Shown piece by piece: positions 17,981-26,986 of a stretch of DNA of 64,000 nucleotides; the first letter of the stretch is position 1; every line of letters begins with the position of its first letter. The DNA is taken from NCBI GenBank assembly GCA_937951995.1, contig CALGAG010000041.1, positions 4,401-68,400 of the forward strand, given 5' to 3'. Source of the DNA: an uncultured Bacillota bacterium (GTDB taxonomy: Bacteria; Bacillota; Clostridia; Tissierellales; Tissierellaceae). Below the pieces are notes generated by a model. It saw only the letters and a program-made list of their open reading frames with translations. It was not told the DNA's origin and made no database searches. The translations under genes were made by a program, and so were the position numbers.

Positions 17981-19015
17981 TTGTTGGATAGATTGACCCA
18001 AATGACAAAAAGCTCTGGATGAGCGGCAAAAATAGGACCGGATGTCCTGGCACAGGTTCTGTGCCATTTACCAAAGACCAATGACAGTAATTTATTGGTT
18101 GGAATCGAATCATCTGATGATGCTGCAGTGTATAGGATAAATGATGATTTGGCAATAATTCAGACATTGGACTTTTTCACCCCAGTGGTGGATGATCCCT
18201 ACACCTTTGGCCAGATTGCAGCGGCCAACTCCCTTAGCGACATATACGCTATGGGTGGGGACCCAAAGCTGGCCCTTAATATCGTTTGTTTCCCTGATTG
18301 CCTGGATCCTGAAATCCTGGCCCAAATAATGAAGGGAGGCCATGACAAGGTCACTGAAGCCGGTGCCATACTGGTGGGAGGCCACAGTGTTTCCGATGAT
18401 GAGCCTAAGTATGGACTCTCGGTGACAGGCTTTGTACATCCCGACAAGGTTCAGGCAAACAACACAGCAAAACCTGGAGATGTGCTGGTACTGACCAAGC
18501 CTCTGGGCATAGGAATCATCACAACTGCAATAAAGGGAGACCTTGCCAGTGGTGATGCCAGAGACAAGGCCATCCTTTCAATGGCCACATTGAACATCCA
18601 CGGGAAAGAAGCCATAGATGCCACAGAAGAAGTTCACTCCGTAACAGATATCACAGGCTTTGGATTGTTGGGGCACAGCCTTGAAATGGCTGAAGGTAGT
18701 GGAGTCACAATCAAAATATTCAGCAGCAGGGTGCCCTACATCCAGGAAGCCAAGGAATACTCGCAGATGGGCCTGATTCCTGAAGGAGCCTACAACAACA
18801 GAAATTTCATAGGAGACAAGGTCAAAATCCATGAGTCGGTACCTGAATACCTGAAGGATATCCTATTCGACCCTCAAACATCAGGGGGGCTTTTGATTTC
18901 AGTCGCAAGGGAAAGTGTGGATAACCTTTTGGAGAAGCTTTCCAAATCACCAGTGGAGTTTGGAGTTGTTGGAGAAGTAATATCAAAAGATGAAAAACAG
19001 TTGATCGTAGAATAA
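17981..19015 (+). CDS. selD: Selenide, water dikinase SelD, selenocysteine-containing (UGA at 18020-18022)
   Basis: RBS AGGAGG + TTG 17981 in frame with ORF 18095; [10 protein letters not shown]-[UGA]-AAKIGP; [35 protein letters not shown]. Confidence 0.95.
18034..18066 (+). promoter_or_regulatory. Candidate bacterial SECIS hairpin(s) in selD
   Basis: AGGAC-CGGAT-GTCCT begins 11 nt after UGA; TGGCACAG-GTT-CTGTGCCA follows. Confidence 0.55.
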
Positions 19016-19029
19016 AGGATTGGTGGAAA

Positions 19030-20454
19030 ATGAGCGATGTTAATCTATTTAAAATGATTCCCAAGGTGGATGAGCTCCTGGAGAATGAGCTAATAAAAAA
19101 CCTGGACAAAAAGGTACCAAGAAAGACCATGGTTGATTCAATTCGACTTGCCACGGAGAATGTCAGAACTGCCATAAAGGATGGAAGGGAGCCTGAGGAA
19201 ATTAAGGTCATGGTCAGGAGCCTGGCGGACACCATTGTCAAGATGGCGATCAAGAAGAATTCATTTCAATTGAGACCTGTCATAAATGCAACAGGAGTGG
19301 TAATTCACACAAACCTTGGAAGGTCACCGGTTAGCCCTGAAATACTTGACCATATAAAGGATGTATCAGTGGGCTATTCAAATCTTGAATATGACCTGGA
19401 AAAGGGAAGTAGGGGATCACGCTACTCTCATTTGGAGGATCTTGTGGCGGACATAACAGGTGCTGAGTCGGCCATGGTTGTAAACAACAATGCTGCAGCG
19501 GTGCTTCTTGTTTTAAGTACTCTGGCGTCGGGAAGGGAAGTAATTGTATCAAGAGGGGAACTGATCGAAATAGGTGGGGCATTCAGAATCCCGGATGTAA
19601 TGTCTCAAAGTGGTGCTAAGCTTGTGGAGGTTGGAACCACAAACAAGACCCACCTGAGGGATTATGAAGGTGCGATCTCCGAGGACACTGGTGCAATAAT
19701 GAAGGTCCATACCTCCAACTATAGAATAATGGGGTTCACTTCAGCTGTGGAGGCCTCTGACCTTAAGGATGTTTCAGAAAGGCACAGGATACCACTTATT
19801 GAGGATTTGGGCAGCGGTGTACTCATTGACCTTTCAAAATATGGAATAACATATGAGCCAACTGTCATGGATAGCCTGAAGAGCGGGGTGGATATTGTTA
19901 CCTTTAGCGGAGACAAGCTCCTGGGAGGACCACAGGCAGGCATAATTGTAGGCAAGAAGGAATATATCGATATGATGAAGAAGAATCCGCTCACAAGGGC
20001 CTTCAGGGTGGACAAGTTTACAATATCAGCCCTTGAAGCAACCTTTAGGTATTATTTGGACATGGATGCTGCCCCATCCCAGATTCCAACCCTGAGAATG
20101 TTAACCTATAAAATGGAAGTTCTTCAGGAAAAGGCTGAGAAGCTCATGGAAAAACTGGTTGGAGACCAGGTTCAGACAAAAGTGGGCTTGTCCATACAGG
20201 ATGAGTATTCAGAGGTTGGGGGAGGATCATTACCCATGGAAAAGCTTCCAACAAAATGCGTAGTCGTTGAGCTTGGGGAAGGAAGCACAGCAAGGTTTGA
20301 GGACCTTTTAAGAACCAACACCATTCCGGTCATAGCAAGAATCCATAGGGATAAGGTCTATCTTGATGTGAGAACCATAGATGATTCTGAAATGGAAATA
20401 GTGTCCAAAGCCGTCCGGAGGGCAGTTGACGGACTGGAGGAGTGTATAGAATGA
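19030..20454 (+). CDS. selA: L-seryl-tRNA(Sec) selenium transferase
   Basis: VINATGVVIHTNLGRS, VNNNAAA, SRGELIEIGG, FSGDKLLGGPQAG (PLP Lys). Confidence 0.98.
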   Translation: MSDVNLFKMIPKVDELLENELIKNLDKKVPRKTMVDSIRLATENVRTAIKDGREPEEIKVMVRSLADTIVKMAIKKNSFQLRPVINATGVVIHTNLGRSPVSPEILDHIKDVSVGYSNLEYDLEKGSRGSRYSHLEDLVADITGAESAMVVNNNAAAVLLVLSTLASGREVIVSRGELIEIGGAFRIPDVMSQSGAKLVEVGTTNKTHLRDYEGAISEDTGAIMKVHTSNYRIMGFTSAVEASDLKDVSERHRIPLIEDLGSGVLIDLSKYGITYEPTVMDSLKSGVDIVTFSGDKLLGGPQAGIIVGKKEYIDMMKKNPLTRAFRVDKFTISALEATFRYYLDMDAAPSQIPTLRMLTYKMEVLQEKAEKLMEKLVGDQVQTKVGLSIQDEYSEVGGGSLPMEKLPTKCVVVELGEGSTARFEDLLRTNTIPVIARIHRDKVYLDVRTIDDSEMEIVSKAVRRAVDGLEECIE

Positions 20455-22361
20455 AGCATTTGATTATTGGAACAGCCGGTCACATAGACCATGGAAAGAC
20501 GACCCTTATCAAGGCCTTGACAGGAAGGGAAACCGATAGGTTAAAGGAGGAGAAGGACAGGGGGATATCCATTGAACTTGGCTTCACATACTTCGATCTT
20601 CCCAACGGTCAGAGAGCGGGTATAATTGATGTGCCAGGACATGAAAAGTTCATAAGGAATATGCTGGCAGGTGTTGTTGGGATAGATATTGTTATGCTGG
20701 TCGTGGCAGCTGATGAGGGAATAATGCCGCAAACCGCCGAGCATCTTGCCATACTTGACATGGCTGGTGTGAAGAAGGGATTTGTTGTAATAACAAAGGC
20801 AGACATGGTGGAGGAAGAGTGGATCGATCTGGTAAAGGAGGAGGTTTGGGAAGCGGTAGAGGGAACTTTTCTCGAAGGAAGCCAGATAATTCCAGTATCA
20901 TCAACAAAGAAGACAGGAATCGACAAGGTTATCAGTTTGATACAGGACATGGCTGGGGAACTTGAGGACAAGAATGTAAATGACATGCCCAGACTTCCTG
21001 TAGACAGGGTGTTTACAATTTCTGGATTTGGAACGGTTGTTACAGGTACCTTGCTTGCAGGAAAATTTTCCATTGGAGACGAGGTCGAGATTTACCCTTC
21101 TGGCATAAAATCGAGAATAAGGTCAATACAAGTTCATGACCAGGATTCCAAGGAGGCTTTTGGGGGTCAGAGGGTGGCTATGAATCTTGCCAATGTAAAG
21201 AAGGATGACATTGAAAGGGGTAATGTTGTGGCCCCAATAAATGCCATGGTCACCACCATGATGCTTGATGTAAAGATAAGGCTCCTTAAAGGTCTTGATA
21301 AGGTCATTGAAAACCGTACGCGACTTAAGCTCTACCTTGGGACCGAAGAGATCCTGTGCAGGATCGTACTCCTTGACAGGGAAACCCTTGAGCCTGGTGA
21401 GGAGGCATACGCCCAACTGAGGCTTGAATCCGAAACCGTAGCCAAAAGAGGAGACAGGTTTATATTGAGATTCTATTCTCCAATGTTCACAATCGGTGGA
21501 GGGGAAATACTTGAGCCTAATCCTGCCAAGAGAAAGCGATTTGATGAGGATGACATCCAGGAACTCATTATAAAGGATGAAGGGGACTTAAAGGACATAG
21601 TTGAACATATGATCATTGACAAGGCCAAGCTTTACCTATCTGTCAAGGAAATGGCCAGGGAAACGTCAATGCTGGAGGAAAACATAATCCAGGAAATAAG
21701 AAATCTTCAGGATGAAGGCAAGATAACCATATACCAGCTGAGCAAGGACATATATCCAGTTCATTTGGACCATATCACCAGTTTGGTCCAATCCATGGAG
21801 AAGGTGCTGCAAGTGTTTCACAGCAAATACCCGCTGAGGATTGGAGCTTCAAAGGAGGAAATGAGAAGCAGATTCCTACAGAAGGCAAAGCCAAAGCTTG
21901 CAGAGAATATAATTGAAGACCTGATCCAGAAAGGACACTTCAAACAGGAGAAGGACCTGATTTCCCTTCAGGATCACAAGCCTCAATATTCAAGGGACCA
22001 GCTTGAGATAAAGGAGAGAATAATGGACCAATTCCGCAGGGACCCCTTTATGCCTCCAAAGAAAGAGGATTTGATAAAGTCTGAATTGGGTAAACACGAA
22101 GATATAGATGAGGTATTAATGGATATGCTCAACAGGCAGGACCTTGTCAGGGTAAGTGACGACCTCTTAATATTGCCTGAAAATCTTGAAAGGGCAAAGA
22201 ATGAGCTAGTCGGACACATCCAGAAGCATGGCGGAGTTTCAGTGGCTGAGTACAGGGATTTGTTGAATACAAATAGAAAAAACGCAATCGGTCTTCTTGA
22301 ATATTTTGACCAGATTAAAATCACTAAAAGAGATGGCGAGAAGAGATTACTTGTAAATTGA
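20451..22361 (+). CDS. selB: Selenocysteine-specific elongation factor SelB
   Basis: GTAGHIDHGKT, DVPGHE, TKAD; C-terminal winged-helix SRK-like NRKNAIGLLEYFD; ATGA overlap with selA. Confidence 0.98.
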   Translation: MKHLIIGTAGHIDHGKTTLIKALTGRETDRLKEEKDRGISIELGFTYFDLPNGQRAGIIDVPGHEKFIRNMLAGVVGIDIVMLVVAADEGIMPQTAEHLAILDMAGVKKGFVVITKADMVEEEWIDLVKEEVWEAVEGTFLEGSQIIPVSSTKKTGIDKVISLIQDMAGELEDKNVNDMPRLPVDRVFTISGFGTVVTGTLLAGKFSIGDEVEIYPSGIKSRIRSIQVHDQDSKEAFGGQRVAMNLANVKKDDIERGNVVAPINAMVTTMMLDVKIRLLKGLDKVIENRTRLKLYLGTEEILCRIVLLDRETLEPGEEAYAQLRLESETVAKRGDRFILRFYSPMFTIGGGEILEPNPAKRKRFDEDDIQELIIKDEGDLKDIVEHMIIDKAKLYLSVKEMARETSMLEENIIQEIRNLQDEGKITIYQLSKDIYPVHLDHITSLVQSMEKVLQVFHSKYPLRIGASKEEMRSRFLQKAKPKLAENIIEDLIQKGHFKQEKDLISLQDHKPQYSRDQLEIKERIMDQFRRDPFMPPKKEDLIKSELGKHEDIDEVLMDMLNRQDLVRVSDDLLILPENLERAKNELVGHIQKHGGVSVAEYRDLLNTNRKNAIGLLEYFDQIKITKRDGEKRLLVN

Positions 22362-22380
22362 CATTGAGGTGAGGGTAGGT

Positions 22381-23070
22381 ATGAGCGGTAGAATACTGAT
22401 TATAGACAACGACCGGTCATTTGTGAAGGGGCTTCGTTATAGCCTTGAGCAGGATGACTATCGCATAGACATACTTTCCGAGGGAAAGGATACCCTGGAC
22501 CACATAACTAGGAAAGAATACAACATGGTCCTGATTGAGACCGAGCTGCCTGATATTAATGGACTGACATTATGCCAGGATATCCGCAACATTTCATCAG
22601 TGCCAATAATCTTTATAACCTCGGTGGATGAGGATATCAAGAAAATTCTCGCCCTGGAGTATGGGGCTGATGACTACCTGGTAAAGCCATTTAACATTCT
22701 GGAGTTAAAGGCCAGGATCAAGGCCGTACTTCGAAGGATAAACCGCAAGGTTTCAGACAATGACAGTAATGTTGTTGAGATCAAGGACCTAAGGATCAAT
22801 TCAGTGGGCAGAAAAGTGACCAGAAGCGACAAGAATATTTCCCTGACAGGTAAGGAATTTGACCTTTTATATGTGCTTGCATCCAATCCAGGCAAGGTGT
22901 TCACAAGGGAGGAACTGCTGGAGAAGGTATGGGGATATGCATATTATGGGGATCTAAGGACTGTGGATGTCCATATTCGTAGAATTCGGGAAAAGATTGA
23001 AAAAGACCCCAAGGCGGCGGAATATGTTCTAACCAAATGGGGTGTTGGATATTTTTTCAAGGAAAATTAG
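22381..23070 (+). CDS. OmpR/WalR-family response regulator with atypical receiver (Glu at phospho-acceptor site)
   Basis: REC domain + winged helix (RTVDVHIRRIREKIE, TKWGVGY); MVLIETELP where family has LLDxxLP; alternative GTG start 22369. Confidence 0.9.
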   Translation: MSGRILIIDNDRSFVKGLRYSLEQDDYRIDILSEGKDTLDHITRKEYNMVLIETELPDINGLTLCQDIRNISSVPIIFITSVDEDIKKILALEYGADDYLVKPFNILELKARIKAVLRRINRKVSDNDSNVVEIKDLRINSVGRKVTRSDKNISLTGKEFDLLYVLASNPGKVFTREELLEKVWGYAYYGDLRTVDVHIRRIREKIEKDPKAAEYVLTKWGVGYFFKEN

Positions 23071-23072
23071 GA

Positions 23073-23101
23073 TTGAAATCCATTAGGATTTATTGTATAA
23101 T
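23073..23101 (+). promoter_or_regulatory. Sigma-A promoter of selC
   Basis: TTGAAA-N17-TATAAT, 17 nt upstream of the tRNA. Confidence 0.8.
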
Positions 23102-23118
23102 GGCTCTTGTAGCCAAAT

Positions 23119-23215
23119 GGGGGTAGAGGAGTCCTGGTGGGCTCTCTGGTCTTCAAAACCAGCGCGGGGCGTTAGGAGCGTCCTGGGTGAGTTCGATTCT
23201 CACATACTCCCGCCA
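23119..23215 (+). tRNA. selC: tRNA-Sec (anticodon UCA)
   Basis: 6 bp D stem GAGTCC/GGGCTC with 4 nt loop, CTGGT-CTTCAAA-ACCAG anticodon arm, long variable arm, GTGAG-TTCGATT-CTCAC T arm, encoded GCCA. Confidence 0.97.
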
Positions 23216-23229
23216 AATTGAACCAAAGC

Positions 23230-23257
23230 AAAAGCACCTTATTAGGGTGCTTTTTTT
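23230..23257. terminator. Terminator between selC and the convergent AlaX-like gene
   Basis: AAAAGCACC...GGTGCTTTTTTT. Confidence 0.8.
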
Positions 23258-23282
23258 AAATGCCACTTTTATTGTCTCCAGG

Positions 23283-24482
23283 CTAGAGTCCCTGTGTGAT
23301 AATTTCCCTTGCCCTTTGAAGCAGTGAATCCAGGTTGACTGTAGGTACGGAGCCTTGTACAGTGTTTGTGTTTCCCCCTCCCTTTAGCTTGAACTCTCCA
23401 GCTAGTTGTTTATAGACATTACCCAGATCAATGTTGATGTCTTTTGATTTGCTTATTATGAACTGCCCCAGACCATCATTGGATATTCCATAAATCTGTA
23501 CAACCCTTTCATAATTGTTGGATATGTGGCTTCCCAGATGGCTTAGAGCCTTGAAATCAAAGTTGTCATACATCTTGCTTATCAGGCTCATATCTCCAAT
23601 CTTTTCTGAACCCTCCACGAGTAAAGCGCTTCTGGCTGAAATCAACTCTTCTCTTCCAGACCTGACCTCCTTCTCAAGGTTGATTTTGTCCATTAAAATC
23701 TTTTCAACCTTTGCTTCAATGTTATCATCGGAAGAGGACAGGAGGTTTGATATTGATCGCACAGACTTGAACTTGGAGGAATAATCCACAAATGCCCTTT
23801 GTCCAGTCAAAAACTGAATCCTGAGATTGCCTTTATAGTGGTCCCACTTTGTTATTTTCAAGAGTCCAAGCTCACCAGTATGGTTTACATGTGTACCACC
23901 ACATGGAGAGTAATCAAAACCGTCTATCTCAACCATCCTAATATTAGTATCCACTGAGGGTGACTTTCTTACAGGTAGTAGCCTGAGTTTTTCTTGATTT
24001 ACAATGTATGTCTTTACCTTGAAGTTTGATTGTATAATCCTGTTGCACAGGGCCTCAACATTACTCGCTTCTTCATGGTCCATATCCGTCAGGGTTACAT
24101 CGATTGAGGAGTAGTCCTTTCCCAAATGAAAGCTTATGGTTTCTCCTCCTAAAAGATTGTAAAGGACACCTGATAGAAGGTGTTGGCCGGTATGCTGCTG
24201 CATCATGTCGAATCTGTGGTCCGATTGGATGGATAACTTGACCTTAGGCCCTGTTACCTGGGATTCGAGTATGTGAGTCAGGCCATCTTCATGCTCGATG
24301 GTCTCAATTACCCTTTCCCCGTTTATGGTCCCAACATCCCCAGGTTGACCCCCTGACATATCAGGATAGAATATTGTCCTGTCCAGTCTTACGTGGTATT
24401 TTCCTTCCTTCTTTTCCTTCTTGATAATGGAAGCCTCAGTTTCATGCAAATAAGGATTCTCCCAATAGAGCTTTCTTGTCAT
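23283..24482 (-). CDS. Alanyl-tRNA editing protein (AlaX-like) with C-terminal DHHA1/C-Ala domain
   Basis: LYWENPY, TIFYPDMSGGQPGD, QHTGQH (HxxxH), CGGTH, C-terminal KGGGN. Confidence 0.88.
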   Translation of the reverse strand: MTRKLYWENPYLHETEASIIKKEKKEGKYHVRLDRTIFYPDMSGGQPGDVGTINGERVIETIEHEDGLTHILESQVTGPKVKLSIQSDHRFDMMQQHTGQHLLSGVLYNLLGGETISFHLGKDYSSIDVTLTDMDHEEASNVEALCNRIIQSNFKVKTYIVNQEKLRLLPVRKSPSVDTNIRMVEIDGFDYSPCGGTHVNHTGELGLLKITKWDHYKGNLRIQFLTGQRAFVDYSSKFKSVRSISNLLSSSDDNIEAKVEKILMDKINLEKEVRSGREELISARSALLVEGSEKIGDMSLISKMYDNFDFKALSHLGSHISNNYERVVQIYGISNDGLGQFIISKSKDINIDLGNVYKQLAGEFKLKGGGNTNTVQGSVPTVNLDSLLQRAREIITQGL

Positions 24483-24604
24483 AGAAGCACCGCCTTTAAA
24501 TTTGTAATTTTAAATATTTGAAAAGAAATAATCCATTTATATGTTATAATTAGCTTAATTATATAACAAGGAACCATAAATATAAAGTGCTGAGGAGATA
24601 ATAC

Positions 24605-26986
24605 ATGAAGCGACCTGCATTGATTCCTGCCCTTATCTTAAGCCTGGGAATTCTTACAGCTTACTATTTCAGGATTTCGTCAACTACAACGATTATACTC
24701 TCAATGTTTGTGCTTGTCATCATGATAGGATCCTTATCCACTGGCAGAAGGGTGGGAAGGATATATCTTATGCTCCCTTTCCTTCTAGCAATCCTATACA
24801 CCAATCATTTTCATGTATCTTCTTTGGAAAAGTATGAAGGTTACCCTGTTCAAATATTTGGAGTTGTGGACAGGGAGTATGTCAGGGAGGGCTACACCTC
24901 CTTTGATATAATCGTTGAGAGCATAAATGGAGAGAGACTTGGGGAAAAGGTAAGAACAAACATATACCAGGATAAGGAAATAGGCCTTGGATCAAGGATA
25001 TCACTTCGGGGCCAACTGTACCGACCCATGGAAAACACCAACCCAATGCTATACAACCATAGAAAGTACCTATTGACCAAGAACATTAAATACATGGTGC
25101 GTACAAAGGAAATTTCACACCATCCTAATTCCGGACCCATAGAGTTTGGATATGGGATGCAAAATTCCTTCAAGGATAGGTTGGATAAGGTCTTTGACAA
25201 GGGTCTTTCACCAGTTAATTCGGGTTTTATGAAGGCCCTGCTGACAGGTGAAAAGGACTCATTGGAGCAGGAAGAGTATGACCTGTACAGAGAAATGGGC
25301 ATTGCACACATTTTGGCTATCTCAGGACTTCACATAGGTATCCTGGCAGGATTCCTACTCTTCATTATGTCAAGGTCAGGAGTGAAGAGAAATGTGGCGA
25401 TTCCACTGGCACTGGTGGTAATTTGGACATTTACATATCTTGTCGGACTTCCCGAATCAGCCCTTAGGGCTTCAATCATGCTTACATTTGTTCTATTGTC
25501 CAAAATAATTCACAGGCCATATGACCCGATTAATATTTTGGCGGCATCATATATTGTATGCCTCCTGATCAATCCCTTCTGGATTTTCAGCTTGGGATTT
25601 CAATTGTCCTATGGCGCAACACTATCCCTGGCTGCAATCGCACCCTGGATCATGGAGCGGCTATATCCTGCAAAAGGAAAGCTTGCAAGGTCCATAAGTG
25701 CTGTAGCAGGAGTAAATATTGGCTTACTGCCCCTGCAAAGCTATTATTTCAATCAATTGCCCCTTATGGCACTGTTTTCAAATCTGTTGATAGTCCCTGT
25801 GGCAACGGCTAATCTGATACTGGGATTTATGGCAATTTTAATCCCGGCATTGACTCCAATCCTGGATCTGCTACTTGATATTCAGAGGTATATGATTGTC
25901 CTGATTTCTTCACTTCCAATTGAAGCACTAACTGTAGCTTCACCAGGACCCCACCAGATGATACTGTATGTTTTTATTATAATTGTAGTCCTAAAATGGA
26001 AGGATATTTCCTATTTTCATATTAGGGTAAGAAAGGTGATTTTGCTATACCTCCTATTTGTCTCTGTCATTGGGTTCTTGGGTTTCAATGAGTCCAAAGC
26101 TACTGAAATCCACTTTATTGACGTGGGACAGGGGGATTCAGCTCTTATAAGGGTTGAAGACAGGGAATACCTTATAGACACTGGTGGAGCCTTGTTCGGC
26201 AACTACGATCCAGGTAGGTCCATCACCCTGCCCTATCTCAAGAAACTGGGGGTGAGGGAGCTTGAAGGGGTTTTTATCAGTCATTTTCATGAGGACCACT
26301 ACAAGGGCTTGTTCCCCATAATTGAGGAACTGAAAATCAAGGCCCTGTATGTTAACAATCCTATTCCAGACATGGATCTAAAGAATGCTGTTGAGATGGC
26401 AAACATACCGGTTTTCAAGATGGAAAAAGGGAGTAGGATAGATTTCCAGGAGACAAGCATTGAGTGTATTTTTTCTTCAGATGGAGCATACGTGAACGAG
26501 AACAACAATTCACTGGTTCTTTTGCTGGAAAGCAAGGGCAAGAAGGTTATTTTCACAGGGGATATAGAGGCTGAAGTGGAAAGTCAACTACCTGGATATG
26601 ATATAGACCTTTTAAAGGTGGCACATCATGGAAGCAGGACATCATCATCTGAGGATTGCATCTCAAGGCTATCTCCAGAGATAAGCGTTATTTCCGCTGG
26701 AAGAAACAATTCCTTTGGTCACCCACATGACTCGGTGTTGGAAACCTTGGGCAAGTTTGGATCCCAGGTATATCGAACAGATGAAGCTGGTCTTGTAAAG
26801 GTGATTATAAGTGATGGGAAAATGATGGTAATTCCTTATTACGGCCCTTCATTTCAGGAGAATCTGGAGGAATTCATCTACAACCATGTCCATCAGTTGA
26901 GCTGGATGCTTCTTTATAGTATACTAGCCTATATATCAGTAAGAACCTATGCGAAAATGGAGGAGAAGGACCATGAAATACAATGA
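24605..26986 (+). CDS. comEC: DNA internalization competence protein ComEC/Rec2
   Basis: GIAHILAISGLHI, SALRA, FQLSY competence domain; DVGQGDS, HFHEDH, HHGS metallo-beta-lactamase domain. Confidence 0.95.
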   Translation: MKRPALIPALILSLGILTAYYFRISSTTTIILSMFVLVIMIGSLSTGRRVGRIYLMLPFLLAILYTNHFHVSSLEKYEGYPVQIFGVVDREYVREGYTSFDIIVESINGERLGEKVRTNIYQDKEIGLGSRISLRGQLYRPMENTNPMLYNHRKYLLTKNIKYMVRTKEISHHPNSGPIEFGYGMQNSFKDRLDKVFDKGLSPVNSGFMKALLTGEKDSLEQEEYDLYREMGIAHILAISGLHIGILAGFLLFIMSRSGVKRNVAIPLALVVIWTFTYLVGLPESALRASIMLTFVLLSKIIHRPYDPINILAASYIVCLLINPFWIFSLGFQLSYGATLSLAAIAPWIMERLYPAKGKLARSISAVAGVNIGLLPLQSYYFNQLPLMALFSNLLIVPVATANLILGFMAILIPALTPILDLLLDIQRYMIVLISSLPIEALTVASPGPHQMILYVFIIIVVLKWKDISYFHIRVRKVILLYLLFVSVIGFLGFNESKATEIHFIDVGQGDSALIRVEDREYLIDTGGALFGNYDPGRSITLPYLKKLGVRELEGVFISHFHEDHYKGLFPIIEELKIKALYVNNPIPDMDLKNAVEMANIPVFKMEKGSRIDFQETSIECIFSSDGAYVNENNNSLVLLLESKGKKVIFTGDIEAEVESQLPGYDIDLLKVAHHGSRTSSSEDCISRLSPEISVISAGRNNSFGHPHDSVLETLGKFGSQVYRTDEAGLVKVIISDGKMMVIPYYGPSFQENLEEFIYNHVHQLSWMLLYSILAYISVRTYAKMEEKDHEIQ

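Noticed and set aside
17981-18094. selD as a pseudogene or N-terminally truncated gene
   Set aside because: The stop is a UGA at the catalytic Cys/Sec position and the full selABC set is adjacent, so it is recoding, not decay.
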